The notes under the pieces: model-generated
Databases searched by the model: none
The model's input: only the letters and a program-made list of their open reading frames with translations
What the model was told of the DNA's origin: nothing
Position numbers and translations under genes: made by a program
Assembly: GCA_035507575.1 (NCBI GenBank)
Contig: DATJNY010000019.1
Coordinates: 17,681-81,680, forward strand
Direction: 5' to 3'
DNA length: 64,000 nucleotides
DNA from: Thermoplasmata archaeon
Lineage (GTDB): Archaea > Thermoplasmatota > Thermoplasmata > Lutacidiplasmatales > UBA184
In this document: one piece after another, positions 45,506 to 54,924 of the stretch
How the letters are laid out: each line of letters begins with the position of its first letter
Position numbering within the stretch: the first letter of the stretch is position 1

Positions 45506-46804
45506 TCAGCTGATGCCCGAGACGCTCGCCAGCTCCACATTGTCGTAACCGATGACCTCGGGGGTCAGGGGCACGAAGTTGACCCCATTGATCCACGCCG
45601 AGGCCGACCCCGCGGAGTTGTAGTTCCCGTACGTCAGGGCCCAGTGCATGAACGCGACCGTGGCCGCGAGCGCGGCGGCCGTCACGACCGTGCCACCGGG
45701 CAGGGTCTTGATCAGCGCGTACTCGAGGTTGACGATCGGGTAGGCGTCCACGCCCGCCGCGGCGTTCGAGCCGCCGCCACCGTGCACGAGGGTGACCGCG
45801 CCCGCGTAGCTGCCGCCGAGGATCAGGCTGACCGCGAGTCCGTAGGTCGCGAAGTCGAGGCGGGTCAGACCCAGGTTCGCGTCGTTCGAGATCGTGGTGG
45901 TCGTGGGCAGGATGTAGTCGTCCGCCGCCGCTGCGTAGGTCCCGTTCGCGATCGTCGCGTTGTTCCCGACGGCCGCATACTCGAGTCCGGCCGCCGCGGC
46001 GCTCGCTTCGTAGCTGATCCCAATGTACGCGATCGAGCCGACCTGGCCCTGCGCGGTCGAGACCATGCCCGAGTTACCGGTGCCGGTCAGGACGTTCGTG
46101 CCGGTGAAGCCCGATAGGCCGCTCGTCGAAACCGGGTACGGGAACGCCGCATCGGACATGTAGCAAAGCGACGTGAACAGGAACGTATCCCCGCTCGAGT
46201 CGGATCGCTTGACCGGGTAGATCGTCTGGGCCGACATCGCGCTGAGCTCGCCCGCGACCGTCGACGACTGAGCCGCCAGGATCTCCGGGTTGTTCCACGT
46301 TGTGATCGATCCGCTGTAGATCCCCGCGAGGATCGAGCCGTTCAGGTTCAGGTGCACGGCGTTGAGCGGCGCCGGCAGGTTGTAGTAGATCAACTGCGCG
46401 GAGATCGCGACGGGGAAGTTGATCAGGTTCGTGGTGCTCGCGTTCGTCAGGTAGCCGTCCGAGGCCCCGATATTGACGAGACCCAGTTCGGCGCTGCTTT
46501 GGCCCGTACCACTGCCCGTGGACGCCGCGCTAAGGACGACGCCCGAGGCCGTGTAGTTCGGGAACCAGTAGTTCTTGAAGAGCGGGTAGAGCAGGCTCGA
46601 GCCCGTCTCCGTCAAGTTGATCGTGCTCGAGCTCGTGCTCGAGTTCGTGGACTTCCCGAGGAAGTATCCCCCGGCGATGCCCACGATCAAGAGGACGATC
46701 GCGATCGCGACCGCAACGCCCACCGACATGCCGCCGGAGCGGCGCTTCATGGGCGTCGAGAGTTGTTCGGTCTGTGTCGTTCCACCCGTGTTCTGCGCAC
46801 TCAT
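45506..46804 (-). CDS. pstS: Phosphate ABC transporter substrate-binding protein PstS (membrane anchored)
   Basis: N-terminal TM, 'ETGSSLLYP', 'STGSGTG', 'IGASD', 'RSDSSGDT', 'YPIVNLEY'. Confidence 0.93.
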   Translation of the reverse strand: MSAQNTGGTTQTEQLSTPMKRRSGGMSVGVAVAIAIVLLIVGIAGGYFLGKSTNSSTSSSTINLTETGSSLLYPLFKNYWFPNYTASGVVLSAASTGSGTGQSSAELGLVNIGASDGYLTNASTTNLINFPVAISAQLIYYNLPAPLNAVHLNLNGSILAGIYSGSITTWNNPEILAAQSSTVAGELSAMSAQTIYPVKRSDSSGDTFLFTSLCYMSDAAFPYPVSTSGLSGFTGTNVLTGTGNSGMVSTAQGQVGSIAYIGISYEASAAAAGLEYAAVGNNATIANGTYAAAADDYILPTTTTISNDANLGLTRLDFATYGLAVSLILGGSYAGAVTLVHGGGGSNAAAGVDAYPIVNLEYALIKTLPGGTVVTAAALAATVAFMHWALTYGNYNSAGSASAWINGVNFVPLTPEVIGYDNVELASVSGIS

Positions 46805-46904
46805 TTTTTTCTCACCAGGTCCGTCAATCGCTTCGGCCCTCGCTCCCGCGGTACCAGTCCCGGCCGCCGGGAAGAGCCGACATCAATGCGAGGCACGACG
46901 GCGG

Positions 46905-46960
46905 GCCATATATAGGAATTCAATTTAGAATGTATATTCCACAATAGTTCGACATATGGT
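46905..46960. promoter_or_regulatory. AT-rich promoter/operator region upstream of pstS
   Basis: CCATATATAGGAATTCAATTTAGAATGTATATTCCACAATAGTTCGACATATGG in a GC-rich background. Confidence 0.65.
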
Positions 46961-47029
46961 ACGTCGTCACATCCATCTCCGGAGGGCTTCGAGGGTACCG
47001 ATAAGGGCGCCCGCTGCCTCGGCCGCGCC

Positions 47030-47860
47030 ACGTCTCGCTGGCTGGTGCGCTTCGGATACGACGGGGCCGGGTTCCGAGGGTGGGCCCGTCAGCCGGGTCA
47101 GCGGACCGTCGAGGGCGAGATCCGCCGCGGTCTGGTGCAGCTCGACGCCATTCGCCCCGCCGATCTCGCAGCGGTGGAAGTCGCCAGCCGTACGGATCGG
47201 GGGGTCAGCGCGCGGGCGAACGCGCTCGTCGTTCCGTCGGAGCTGGACGCCGGGTCCCTGCTCGAGCGGATGAACGCGATCGACCCCGAGATTTTCTTCT
47301 CGGCCACGGTCGAGGTCGACTCGACCTTCCGCGTTCGCGCCGCCCGCCGCCGCATCTACCGGTACTTCGACCCCACTCCGGACCCGGATCTCGCCCGGCG
47401 ACGGGAAGTCGCCGCGTTCTTCGCAGGATCGATCGATGTCCGGTCTCTGGGCCGCGGGATCCCGGGCTCGTCGCCGGTGCGGCGGTGGGTCGAGTCCGTC
47501 ACGGTGCGACCGCTCGGCCGGGGAAGCATGTTCGAGGTCCGCGCCCCCTCGTTCGTCTGGGGGATGGTCCGGAAGATCGTAGGATCGGTGCGCGCGGCCG
47601 AAGCAGGCCGCCTCGACGTCGCGCAGTTGCGCGACGCCCTGGCGGGGCGGGTCCGGCTTTCCCTCCCGATGGCCGAGTCCGATCCGCTCGTCCTCTGGGA
47701 CGTCGAGTATCCGCTGCGCTGGACGGCCCAATGGTCCGGTCGACGTCCGGCACAACTCCGGCACTGGCGAGCGGTCCGGGCGGCCGAATGGGCGCGGGGA
47801 TACGTGCTGCGGTCCCTGGAGGGCGGGTCGCCCCCGCCCCCTCGGGTCAGGGGGCGGTGA
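47030..47860 (+). CDS. truA: tRNA pseudouridine(38-40) synthase TruA (start ACG 47030 or GTG 47045)
   Basis: 'RFGYDG..FRGWARQPG.RTVEG', catalytic 'ASRTDRGVSA', 'RIYRY', 'SFVWGMVRKIV'. Confidence 0.88.
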   Translation, partial: TSRWLVRFGYDGAGFRGWARQPGQRTVEGEIRRGLVQLDAIRPADLAAVEVASRTDRGVSARANALVVPSELDAGSLLERMNAIDPEIFFSATVEVDSTFRVRAARRRIYRYFDPTPDPDLARRREVAAFFAGSIDVRSLGRGIPGSSPVRRWVESVTVRPLGRGSMFEVRAPSFVWGMVRKIVGSVRAAEAGRLDVAQLRDALAGRVRLSLPMAESDPLVLWDVEYPLRWTAQWSGRRPAQLRHWRAVRAAEWARGYVLRSLEGGSPPPPRVRGR

Positions 47861-49214
47861 GGTTGCCGGCGACGCCCCACACGATGGGATCTCCGTTGAA
47901 AGCCGTGGAGAGCACGTCGCTCGTCGAGAGCCCCGCCGCCCCGACGAAGACCACGCGATCCCCCGCCCCGATGGGCACGTCCGCCACCGTCCATGCCGTC
48001 CCGTTCGCGACGGACGGGTAGCTGTCGAGCCAGACCCCCGTGGAGCTGAGCAGGACCGCGTACCAACCCTGGGGCGGGGCGGGGCAGTTCGAGAGCTCCG
48101 GGTCGGCGGGGCCGCATCCGGCCGCCGCGGGCGCGATCGGCGGCTCGTAGAGCGAGCCGTTCTGGAGCTGCCACCGGACCCAGGACGTTGTCAACGAGGT
48201 CAGGGACACATTGGCCGGCACCGCGGACGTGTAGAAGGATGGTTGGACGGACCACTCCCGATACAATCCGGGAGACGTGGAGTTCCCGGAGAGCGGGGTG
48301 GGCAGAAGCCCTAACTGGTACTCCGAATTATAGCACGAGATCGAACCCTCGAACCACGAATCGCCGTAGCCGCTCGTCGCATTGAGCAGCCAGGTCGTGA
48401 AGTTGAACAAGGGACCATAGTCGCCGGGGAATCCGCAGGACCCGTACGCGACGCTCCACTCCGGGGCTCCGAAGATCTCGGCGGGCAGGAACTCCTGGCC
48501 CGGGAAATAGAGCGCGAAGACGGCGGCCGGGGGGGTGGGCATCTCGATCGGTTGGAGCTCGCCGGGGAACGGCGGTATCGCATTCCAGTTCGCGATCTGC
48601 TGCTGAAGGTGGTGCACCGCGTCGTTCGAGTCGATCTCCTGCCACGGCTGGATGGCGCTGTACGGGTAGGCGTAGAACGGGGAGAGTTGCCGGCAGGGGC
48701 TGTCCGACCCGAGTACGCCGTTCAAGGTGATATTGCCGGCCACCCAGCTCGCGACGAACGTGGGGGTGTACGTCCCGTTGAAGACGAACGTCCACAACGG
48801 TGCCGATCCGCTCGTGTAGACGTCGGACGCCGTCGAATACGGGTACTCGCTTGCGTTCCAGAACGTGAGCGTGCTGACCCCGTTCAGCTGTTGCTCGCAC
48901 GGCGTCCAGTCGTTCGGGGTGAAGAGGGCCCACAGGGCGAGGGGGGGCGACCACGGAGAGTCCGCGGCGGCGCCTTCCGCGAAATCCACGGTCCACGGGT
49001 GCCCGCCGAGGTACGCAAGGTCGCTCGCCACGGCAGTCCACGCGGTGTCGAACGTCGCCCAGCCGGACGGGGGTGGCGGATACGGCGAACCGTTCTGAAA
49101 CAGGCCCACGTTCCCGTACAGGGAAAATCCCGCGACCACCACTACGATCCCGATCGCCACCACGATTCCCAGGATCAGCCCGCGAGGTCGCGGGCGCGGC
49201 AGAGAGGCGGTCAC
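47847..49214 (-). CDS. Hypothetical membrane-anchored exported protein
   Basis: N-terminal TM, aromatic/Ser/Thr-rich ectodomain with Cys pairs, coding-like codon pattern. Confidence 0.75.
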   Translation of the reverse strand: MTASLPRPRPRGLILGIVVAIGIVVVVAGFSLYGNVGLFQNGSPYPPPPSGWATFDTAWTAVASDLAYLGGHPWTVDFAEGAAADSPWSPPLALWALFTPNDWTPCEQQLNGVSTLTFWNASEYPYSTASDVYTSGSAPLWTFVFNGTYTPTFVASWVAGNITLNGVLGSDSPCRQLSPFYAYPYSAIQPWQEIDSNDAVHHLQQQIANWNAIPPFPGELQPIEMPTPPAAVFALYFPGQEFLPAEIFGAPEWSVAYGSCGFPGDYGPLFNFTTWLLNATSGYGDSWFEGSISCYNSEYQLGLLPTPLSGNSTSPGLYREWSVQPSFYTSAVPANVSLTSLTTSWVRWQLQNGSLYEPPIAPAAAGCGPADPELSNCPAPPQGWYAVLLSSTGVWLDSYPSVANGTAWTVADVPIGAGDRVVFVGAAGLSTSDVLSTAFNGDPIVWGVAGNLTAP

Positions 49215-49308
49215 GCGCTTCCTCCGGCGCCGGGTCGAGTCCCAGCGCGCGTATCTCTCCTCGGGTCAGCGCGCACCGGACGCGGCGGGAGCTGCCGGCG
49301 TGCCGGGA

Positions 49309-49725
49309 TCACCCGGGCTTCGGATAGCTGGGAGGCTGCACGAGGGAGAAGAGGTTCCCGTCGGGGTCCTCGAACGTGGCGGCCGTGCCCCACGGCAGGT
49401 CGGCCGGAGGCTGGAAGAACGGCACCCCGCGGCCGTGGAGCTCCGCATAGACCTTCCGGCAGTCCGCGACGCGCACGACGATCGGCGGCATCCGGGCCGG
49501 GGCCCAGTCTTTCGCGCGCGCCTGCTGCTGCGGGTCGACCGGCCCCCCGATCGGGAACAGCGCGAGTTCGAGCTCCTGCCCCTTCGGGCCGACCGAGACC
49601 CAGCGATGGCCCCCGGGGAGGGCGACGTCGGTCTTCGTCTCGAATCCGACCTGGTCCAGGTAGAACGCGAGCGACTTCGCCTGGTCCTTCACGACGAGCG
49701 TCACCTGGGTGATCTTCCCTTCCAT
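49309..49725 (-). CDS. VOC/glyoxalase family protein
   Basis: 'VTLVVKDQAKSLAFY' and 'PWGTAATFEDPDGN'. Confidence 0.88.
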   Translation of the reverse strand: MEGKITQVTLVVKDQAKSLAFYLDQVGFETKTDVALPGGHRWVSVGPKGQELELALFPIGGPVDPQQQARAKDWAPARMPPIVVRVADCRKVYAELHGRGVPFFQPPADLPWGTAATFEDPDGNLFSLVQPPSYPKPG

Positions 49726-49792
49726 CTCCGTTCCCTCGCGCGGAGCCGGCTCCACGCCCGGGGGCCGGATATCGGGTCGGATATGTAACGGG

Positions 49793-51376
49793 TCAGACCG
49801 CCCCGAGGGCCCGCTCGACGAGACCTCTCGGGAAATCGACCCCGGGCCGGTCGGCGCGCAGGCGCGCGAAGAGCTCCGCCCGCGCTTCGAAGCACGGGTT
49901 CTCGGGAGCGCGGTGCGAGCGCTCCACCAGGAGCGTGAGCTGGCGGAGGCTTCCCCACGTGCGCGCGACGTGCTTCGCGTCGATCTCCTCGGACTGGGCG
50001 CCGGTCAGGGCGACCCGGGTCGCGATGAAGCGACGGACCTCGGCCGAACCCGAGTGGCCGGCCGCGCGGCCGGCGGCGGCCTCCCAGGCCTTGTGGGACC
50101 GATGGCGCCGCATCACCTCGCGCGCGTCGAGCGCCTGGAGATTGGCGCCCCCCTCCCAGATCGGGGTCACGAGCGCGTCGCGGGCGAGCTTCGCGAGCGG
50201 CTCCTCCTCGAGGTATCCCATCCCGCCTCGGACCTCCATCGCGAGCGCGGTCCCGCGCACCGCCTGCTCGGCGGTGACGAGCTTCGCGATGTGCGTGGTG
50301 AAGCGCATCACCTGGGCGTCGGGCGAGTACGGCGGCATCTCGCCGGCGCTCTTCGCGAGCGAGAAGACCGCATCGAAGGCGAGGAGCGACGCCGCATCCG
50401 ACTCGGTGGCGAGGGTCGCGACGTCGAGGGCGAGGAGCGGGTGCTCGATCAACGGCTTCCCGAACGCCTGCCGCCGCCGCGCGAAGGCGATCGACCATTC
50501 GGACGCCCGCTGGAGCACTCCCGCGGACCCGACGGCGTTCGCGACGCGCGAGACGTTGAGCATCTCCATCGCCGGCAGGACGCCCGCACTCTCGGGGCCG
50601 AGGGCGTACGCCTCCGCCCGATCGAACCCGACCTCGCCGGTCGGGACCGCGATCGTGCCCAGTTTCTCCTTCAGGCGTCGCACGCGCCAGTTCGGCGTCC
50701 CGTCGGCGCGCCGCGCCGGGACGAAGAAGAGACGGATCCCGTGGATCCCCTCGGAGGCGCCGTCCGGGCGCGCGGTGACGACCGCACACGAGGCGCCGAC
50801 GTTGCTGCAGAAGAACTTCTCCCCGCTGAGCGCCCATCGCCCCTGGGCGATCGGCGTGGCGTGCGTCGCGTTCGCGCCGAGGTCCGAGCCCCCCTGCTCC
50901 TCGGTCGCCCACGTGGCCCCCTGCGCCCGGCCCCGCGTCGCGACGAGCTCGGTCAGGTACCGCTCCCGCAGGTCCGACGAGCCCCATTTCGCGAGGGCGT
51001 AGACCGTGGCCAGCGTGACGGTAGACGAGCAGAGGAACCCGATCTCCGCCGCCTCGTGCATCAGGGCGAACGCCACCGGCCAGTCGCGCGCCGAGCGCGT
51101 CGGCCCGAGCGCGAGCCCGCTCGCGTAGAGGCGGTCGAGCATCCGCCGGTGGGACGCCGAGAGCCGGACCTCGGGGACGCCGGACGCCCCCCGCGAGGGG
51201 GCCCGGAGCCCCGGCCGGGCGGACCGGTCGATCTCGACCGCGGCCGGCTCGAGCTCCTCCCGGCAGAATCGGCCGAACTCCGCGATCGCGCGACCTTCCT
51301 CCGCGCTGAGCGGGCGATCGGCGATCCGGAACGCCTCCCGCACGATGCTCGGTGGCAGCGCCCCCGGGACGGCCAT
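49793..51376 (-). CDS. Acyl-CoA dehydrogenase (AidB-like)
   Basis: 'ATEEQGGSDLG', 'GEKFFCSN', 'RLKEKLGT', 'RRQAFGKPL', 'GGMGYLEE', 'PIWEG'. Confidence 0.88.
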   Translation of the reverse strand: MAVPGALPPSIVREAFRIADRPLSAEEGRAIAEFGRFCREELEPAAVEIDRSARPGLRAPSRGASGVPEVRLSASHRRMLDRLYASGLALGPTRSARDWPVAFALMHEAAEIGFLCSSTVTLATVYALAKWGSSDLRERYLTELVATRGRAQGATWATEEQGGSDLGANATHATPIAQGRWALSGEKFFCSNVGASCAVVTARPDGASEGIHGIRLFFVPARRADGTPNWRVRRLKEKLGTIAVPTGEVGFDRAEAYALGPESAGVLPAMEMLNVSRVANAVGSAGVLQRASEWSIAFARRRQAFGKPLIEHPLLALDVATLATESDAASLLAFDAVFSLAKSAGEMPPYSPDAQVMRFTTHIAKLVTAEQAVRGTALAMEVRGGMGYLEEEPLAKLARDALVTPIWEGGANLQALDAREVMRRHRSHKAWEAAAGRAAGHSGSAEVRRFIATRVALTGAQSEEIDAKHVARTWGSLRQLTLLVERSHRAPENPCFEARAELFARLRADRPGVDFPRGLVERALGAV

Positions 51377-51452
51377 CCCGGAGGTCGAGGAGGGGTCCCC
51401 TATCTATCGTGTGCGAGACCGGCCTTAAGGGGCGCCCCGGGATTCGCGGGAC

Positions 51453-52004
51453 GTGGTATCGATCGACCCGGTGACCTTCGCCGCCCTGGTCGGCACCTGG
51501 GTCCTCGTTGTCGGGACGCTCGGGTTCGCCTACTGGCAGCTCCGGCAGACCCAACGGCTCCATTCGGCGTCGACGGTCCTCGACCTGAGAGAGCGGTTCT
51601 TCGGTCCCCGTATGCAGGAGGCCCGGCGCGAGCTGAGCACCTGGCTGCTCCGGACGGACCGGGGCGAGGAGGTCGACAACTGGGAGGTCGGGATCTTCTT
51701 CGAGCTGCTCGGGTCGCTGACGCGGGAGGGGGTGCTCGAGCGCCGGATGGTCTGGGAGGCGTTCGGCACCTGGGTCACCGCGTACTACGTCTTCTCCCGG
51801 GAGCCGGTGAACCTCTTCGAGCGGTGGCGGCAGGAGAGTCGCGACCCGCTGATCTTTGCCAACTTCGAGTGGCTGGCGCAGCAATGCCAGGAGCTCGACC
51901 GACGGGCCACGCACGGCGCGATCCCGCCGCGCGCCGCGACGGAGGATGCGCGGGACGTGCTGAGCGGCGAGGCCCGTCTCGCCCCGGCGCCGCGGCCTGC
52001 GTGA
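51453..52004 (+). CDS. Hypothetical protein (N-terminal TM, DUF4760-like)
   Basis: 'AYWQLR', 'FFELLGSL', 'FANFEWLA'. Confidence 0.65.
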   Translation: MVSIDPVTFAALVGTWVLVVGTLGFAYWQLRQTQRLHSASTVLDLRERFFGPRMQEARRELSTWLLRTDRGEEVDNWEVGIFFELLGSLTREGVLERRMVWEAFGTWVTAYYVFSREPVNLFERWRQESRDPLIFANFEWLAQQCQELDRRATHGAIPPRAATEDARDVLSGEARLAPAPRPA

Positions 52005-52017
52005 GCCCCGCGGGCGG

Positions 52018-52617
52018 CTACGCCGTCTTCTCCGAGGCGAGCGGCGCAGGCGGCGCGGCGAGCTTCTGCTGCCAGAGGTGGTAGACCGCGGCGCTGCGTC
52101 CGACCAGGAGGCCCGTCGAGAAACCCCACAGCGCGTCGACCGAGAACAGGAGCGCGAGGGCGACGGTCGAGACGCCGAGGAACATCGACGCCGTCGGGAA
52201 GGAGAACGGCGACTCGTTCAGGATCGCGGTCTCGATGCCCGTCCGCACGAAGAACAGGACGACGTAGATCACCGGCAGGAGCGGGCTCAGCCGGTAGCTC
52301 CACTGCGACTCCCCGTCGGCCTGGTAGAGGTGGACGTTCCGGGCCGTGTACCGGTAGGCGACCACAAATCCGACCGCGACGAGCGCCGCGTCGGCGGCGA
52401 ACGAGGCGAACGTGAGCGTCGCGAGGCTCGTGCCGACCGCCGTGACGCCGATCGTGGCGAGCGTGATCCCGTAGAGCAGCACGTACAGGATCGGGATCGC
52501 GACGAGCCGCCCCGTCGTGACGGGAGCGCCGTGCGTCAACCGCCACGAACGGCGAAGGATGATCAGCCCGAGGATGACGACGAAGAGATACCCCGCCACC
52601 TCCGACTGCGAGATCAT
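52018..52617 (-). CDS. Membrane protein, CcdC/DUF1453-like
   Basis: About 5 TM helices, 'RLVAIP', 'FSTGLLVGR'. Confidence 0.65.
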   Translation of the reverse strand: MISQSEVAGYLFVVILGLIILRRSWRLTHGAPVTTGRLVAIPILYVLLYGITLATIGVTAVGTSLATLTFASFAADAALVAVGFVVAYRYTARNVHLYQADGESQWSYRLSPLLPVIYVVLFFVRTGIETAILNESPFSFPTASMFLGVSTVALALLFSVDALWGFSTGLLVGRSAAVYHLWQQKLAAPPAPLASEKTA

Positions 52618-52674
52618 GAGAGTCCTCGGACGCCGCTCCGATCGCGACGGACGCCCCGTTCGGTCGGGGGTATT

Positions 52675-53979
52675 TCAGCCCACCCGTTCCCACCGCTCGA
52701 GCTTCTGAACGGTGCCGAGCGTCGAGCCCCGCTGGATCTCCTCGCGGACCCGGTTCTCGTGTTCGAGGACGTCGAGCGCCCGGTTCGCGATCTCTTGCGC
52801 CCGCTCGCGGGGGACGACGACGACGCCCGAGAGATCCCCGACGATCCAATCCCCCGGCCGGACGCGCTGCCCGCCGACGGTCACCTCGACGCCGATCTCG
52901 CCGTGCCCCTTTGGCTCGCCGGCGTCGGAACTGACGTGGCGGCTGAACACCGGGAAGCCGAGCTCGAGGATCGCGTCGAGGTCGCGGGCGGCCCCGTCGA
53001 TGACGACCGCCGCGACGCCCCGGCCGTGGGCGCTCCAGCTCGCGAGCTCGCCCCAGAGGCCGGTCGGTCCCCCGCCGGCGTCGACCACGATGACGTCCCC
53101 CGAGCCGGCCCGGTCGATCGCCTCGACGGGCTTCGCCCAATCGCCGTCGCGGGTCAGCACCGTGACCGCGGGGCCGGCGACGCGCACGGTCCGGTCCTTC
53201 AAGTGCGGGACGATCCCGTGCATCGCGCCCTTCCGCTGGAGGGCGTCCGTGACGTTCGGGCTCGAGACCCGGAGGAACGCCGCCCGGATCTCGTCCCCGC
53301 CGTACCGGCGGAAATGCTCCGTGGCGACCCCCCGCCGGGTCGCGATCGCCTCGCGGATCCGCCGGGTCGCCTCCGCGATCTGCGGGCTCTTCGTGATCGC
53401 GCCGCCGACGATCAGGATCTGGGCTCCGGCTTCCACCGCTTCCGCGACGGTCTCCGAGTTCAGCCCGCCCGCCACCGCGACCGGGACCGGGGACGCCTTC
53501 GCGATCTCGGCGAGCACGGCGAACGGCGTCTTCGCCTGCATCTGCATGTCGATCCCGACGTGCCAGCAGACCGCCGCCGCCCCGAGTTCGGCGGCGCGCC
53601 GGGCCCGGGCGACCGGATCGGGGACCCCAAGGAGATCGACGACGATCTCCGCCCCGTAGAGCTCGCCGCCGCGAACGCCGTCGGCGATCGTATCGTCGTC
53701 CGCCGCCCCGAGGATCGTGACGAGGTCGGCGCCCGCCTTCGCCGCGATCTCGACCTCGAAGGCACCGGTGTCCATCACCTTCATGTCGGCGACGATCCGC
53801 TTGTCCGGGAACGCCTTCTTCAACTCCCGCACCGCGTCGAGCCCCTCGGACTTGATCAGGGGGGTCCCGGCTTCGACCCAGTCCGCGCCGCCCTCCACGG
53901 CCTCCCGGGCCGCGGGGAGCGCGCGGGAGAGGTTTTCGAAGTCGAGGGCGACCTGCAGGACCGGCCGCTCGAGGCGCAT
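52675..53979 (-). CDS. hxlA: 3-hexulose-6-phosphate synthase fused to an RraA/MenG-like domain
   Basis: 'LQVALD', 'EAGTPLIK', 'VADMKVMDTG', 'VAVAGG'. C-terminal RraA-like 'GDWAKPVEAID', 'WGELA', 'DGAARD'. Confidence 0.88.
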   Translation of the reverse strand: MRLERPVLQVALDFENLSRALPAAREAVEGGADWVEAGTPLIKSEGLDAVRELKKAFPDKRIVADMKVMDTGAFEVEIAAKAGADLVTILGAADDDTIADGVRGGELYGAEIVVDLLGVPDPVARARRAAELGAAAVCWHVGIDMQMQAKTPFAVLAEIAKASPVPVAVAGGLNSETVAEAVEAGAQILIVGGAITKSPQIAEATRRIREAIATRRGVATEHFRRYGGDEIRAAFLRVSSPNVTDALQRKGAMHGIVPHLKDRTVRVAGPAVTVLTRDGDWAKPVEAIDRAGSGDVIVVDAGGGPTGLWGELASWSAHGRGVAAVVIDGAARDLDAILELGFPVFSRHVSSDAGEPKGHGEIGVEVTVGGQRVRPGDWIVGDLSGVVVVPRERAQEIANRALDVLEHENRVREEIQRGSTLGTVQKLERWERVG

Positions 53980-54036
53980 GCCGCGCCGAGCGGGCCGGCC
54001 GTAATAACCATGCCACACGGCGGCTCACCGAACGGG

Positions 54037-54924
54037 ATGCCGGCGCCCGCCACGGGAGGGGTTCGGCTGATCCACGGCGACGCGCGCCGCCTCGCGGGGG
54101 TCGATGACGCGTCGGTCCACCTCGTCGTCACCTCCCCGCCGTACCCGATGATCCCTCAGTGGGATGGCCTGTTCCGGACGCTCGGCGCGACGCGCTACGC
54201 CGGCATGCTCCGCGTCCTCTCCGACGCCTGGCGGGCCTGCTACCGCGCACTCGTCCCGGGCGGGATCCTGGCGGTGAACATCGGGGATGCCCTGCGCACC
54301 CGTGCGGGAGAGTTCCGTCTCTGGCCGAACGCCGCCCACACGCTCGCCGACGCGGAACGGATCGGGTTCCGGCCGCTGCCGTACGTGCTATGGAAGAAGC
54401 CGACCAACAAGCCGAACGCCTTCCTCGGCTCGGGATTCGTCCCGCCGAACGCCTACGTCACGCTCGATTGCGAGTACGTGCTCCTGTTCCGGAAGGGCGC
54501 CCTGCGGCGCCTGCCGCCCCACGATCCGGCGCGCGCGGCGAGCCGGTTCTCCCGCGCGGAGCGCGACCGGTGGTTCAGCCAGATCTGGACGGACGTGCGC
54601 GGGGTGCGACAGGCGACGTCCCGAGGCCGCAGCGCCGCGTTCCCGCCGGAGATCCCGGAGCGACTCATCCGGATGTTCTCGCTCGTGGGGGAGACGGTGC
54701 TCGACCCGTTCGCCGGAACGGGCACCACACTCGCCGCCGCCGCGCGCTGGGGCCGGAACGCGATCGGGGTCGAATGGGACCTCCCGACGTTCCGCGCGCT
54801 CGCGTCGGCGGGCCGCGCCCGGGGCTGGACGGTGATCACTCCGCGGGCGGGAGCGGCGGACGGGCCCGGTGCGCCACCTCGTCGTCGACGGCCTGCTTCA
54901 GGTACTGGAGCGCGGACGGGCTGA
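54037..54924 (+). CDS. Orphan beta-class N4-cytosine DNA methyltransferase (M.MthZI/M.MjaI-like; probable CTAG specificity)
   Basis: 'TSPPYPMI..WD', 'WKKPTN', 'GSGFVPPNAYVTLD.EY', 'RSAAFP', 'VLDPFAGTGTT'. No endonuclease nearby. Confidence 0.85.
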   Translation: MPAPATGGVRLIHGDARRLAGVDDASVHLVVTSPPYPMIPQWDGLFRTLGATRYAGMLRVLSDAWRACYRALVPGGILAVNIGDALRTRAGEFRLWPNAAHTLADAERIGFRPLPYVLWKKPTNKPNAFLGSGFVPPNAYVTLDCEYVLLFRKGALRRLPPHDPARAASRFSRAERDRWFSQIWTDVRGVRQATSRGRSAAFPPEIPERLIRMFSLVGETVLDPFAGTGTTLAAAARWGRNAIGVEWDLPTFRALASAGRARGWTVITPRAGAADGPGAPPRRRRPASGTGARTG

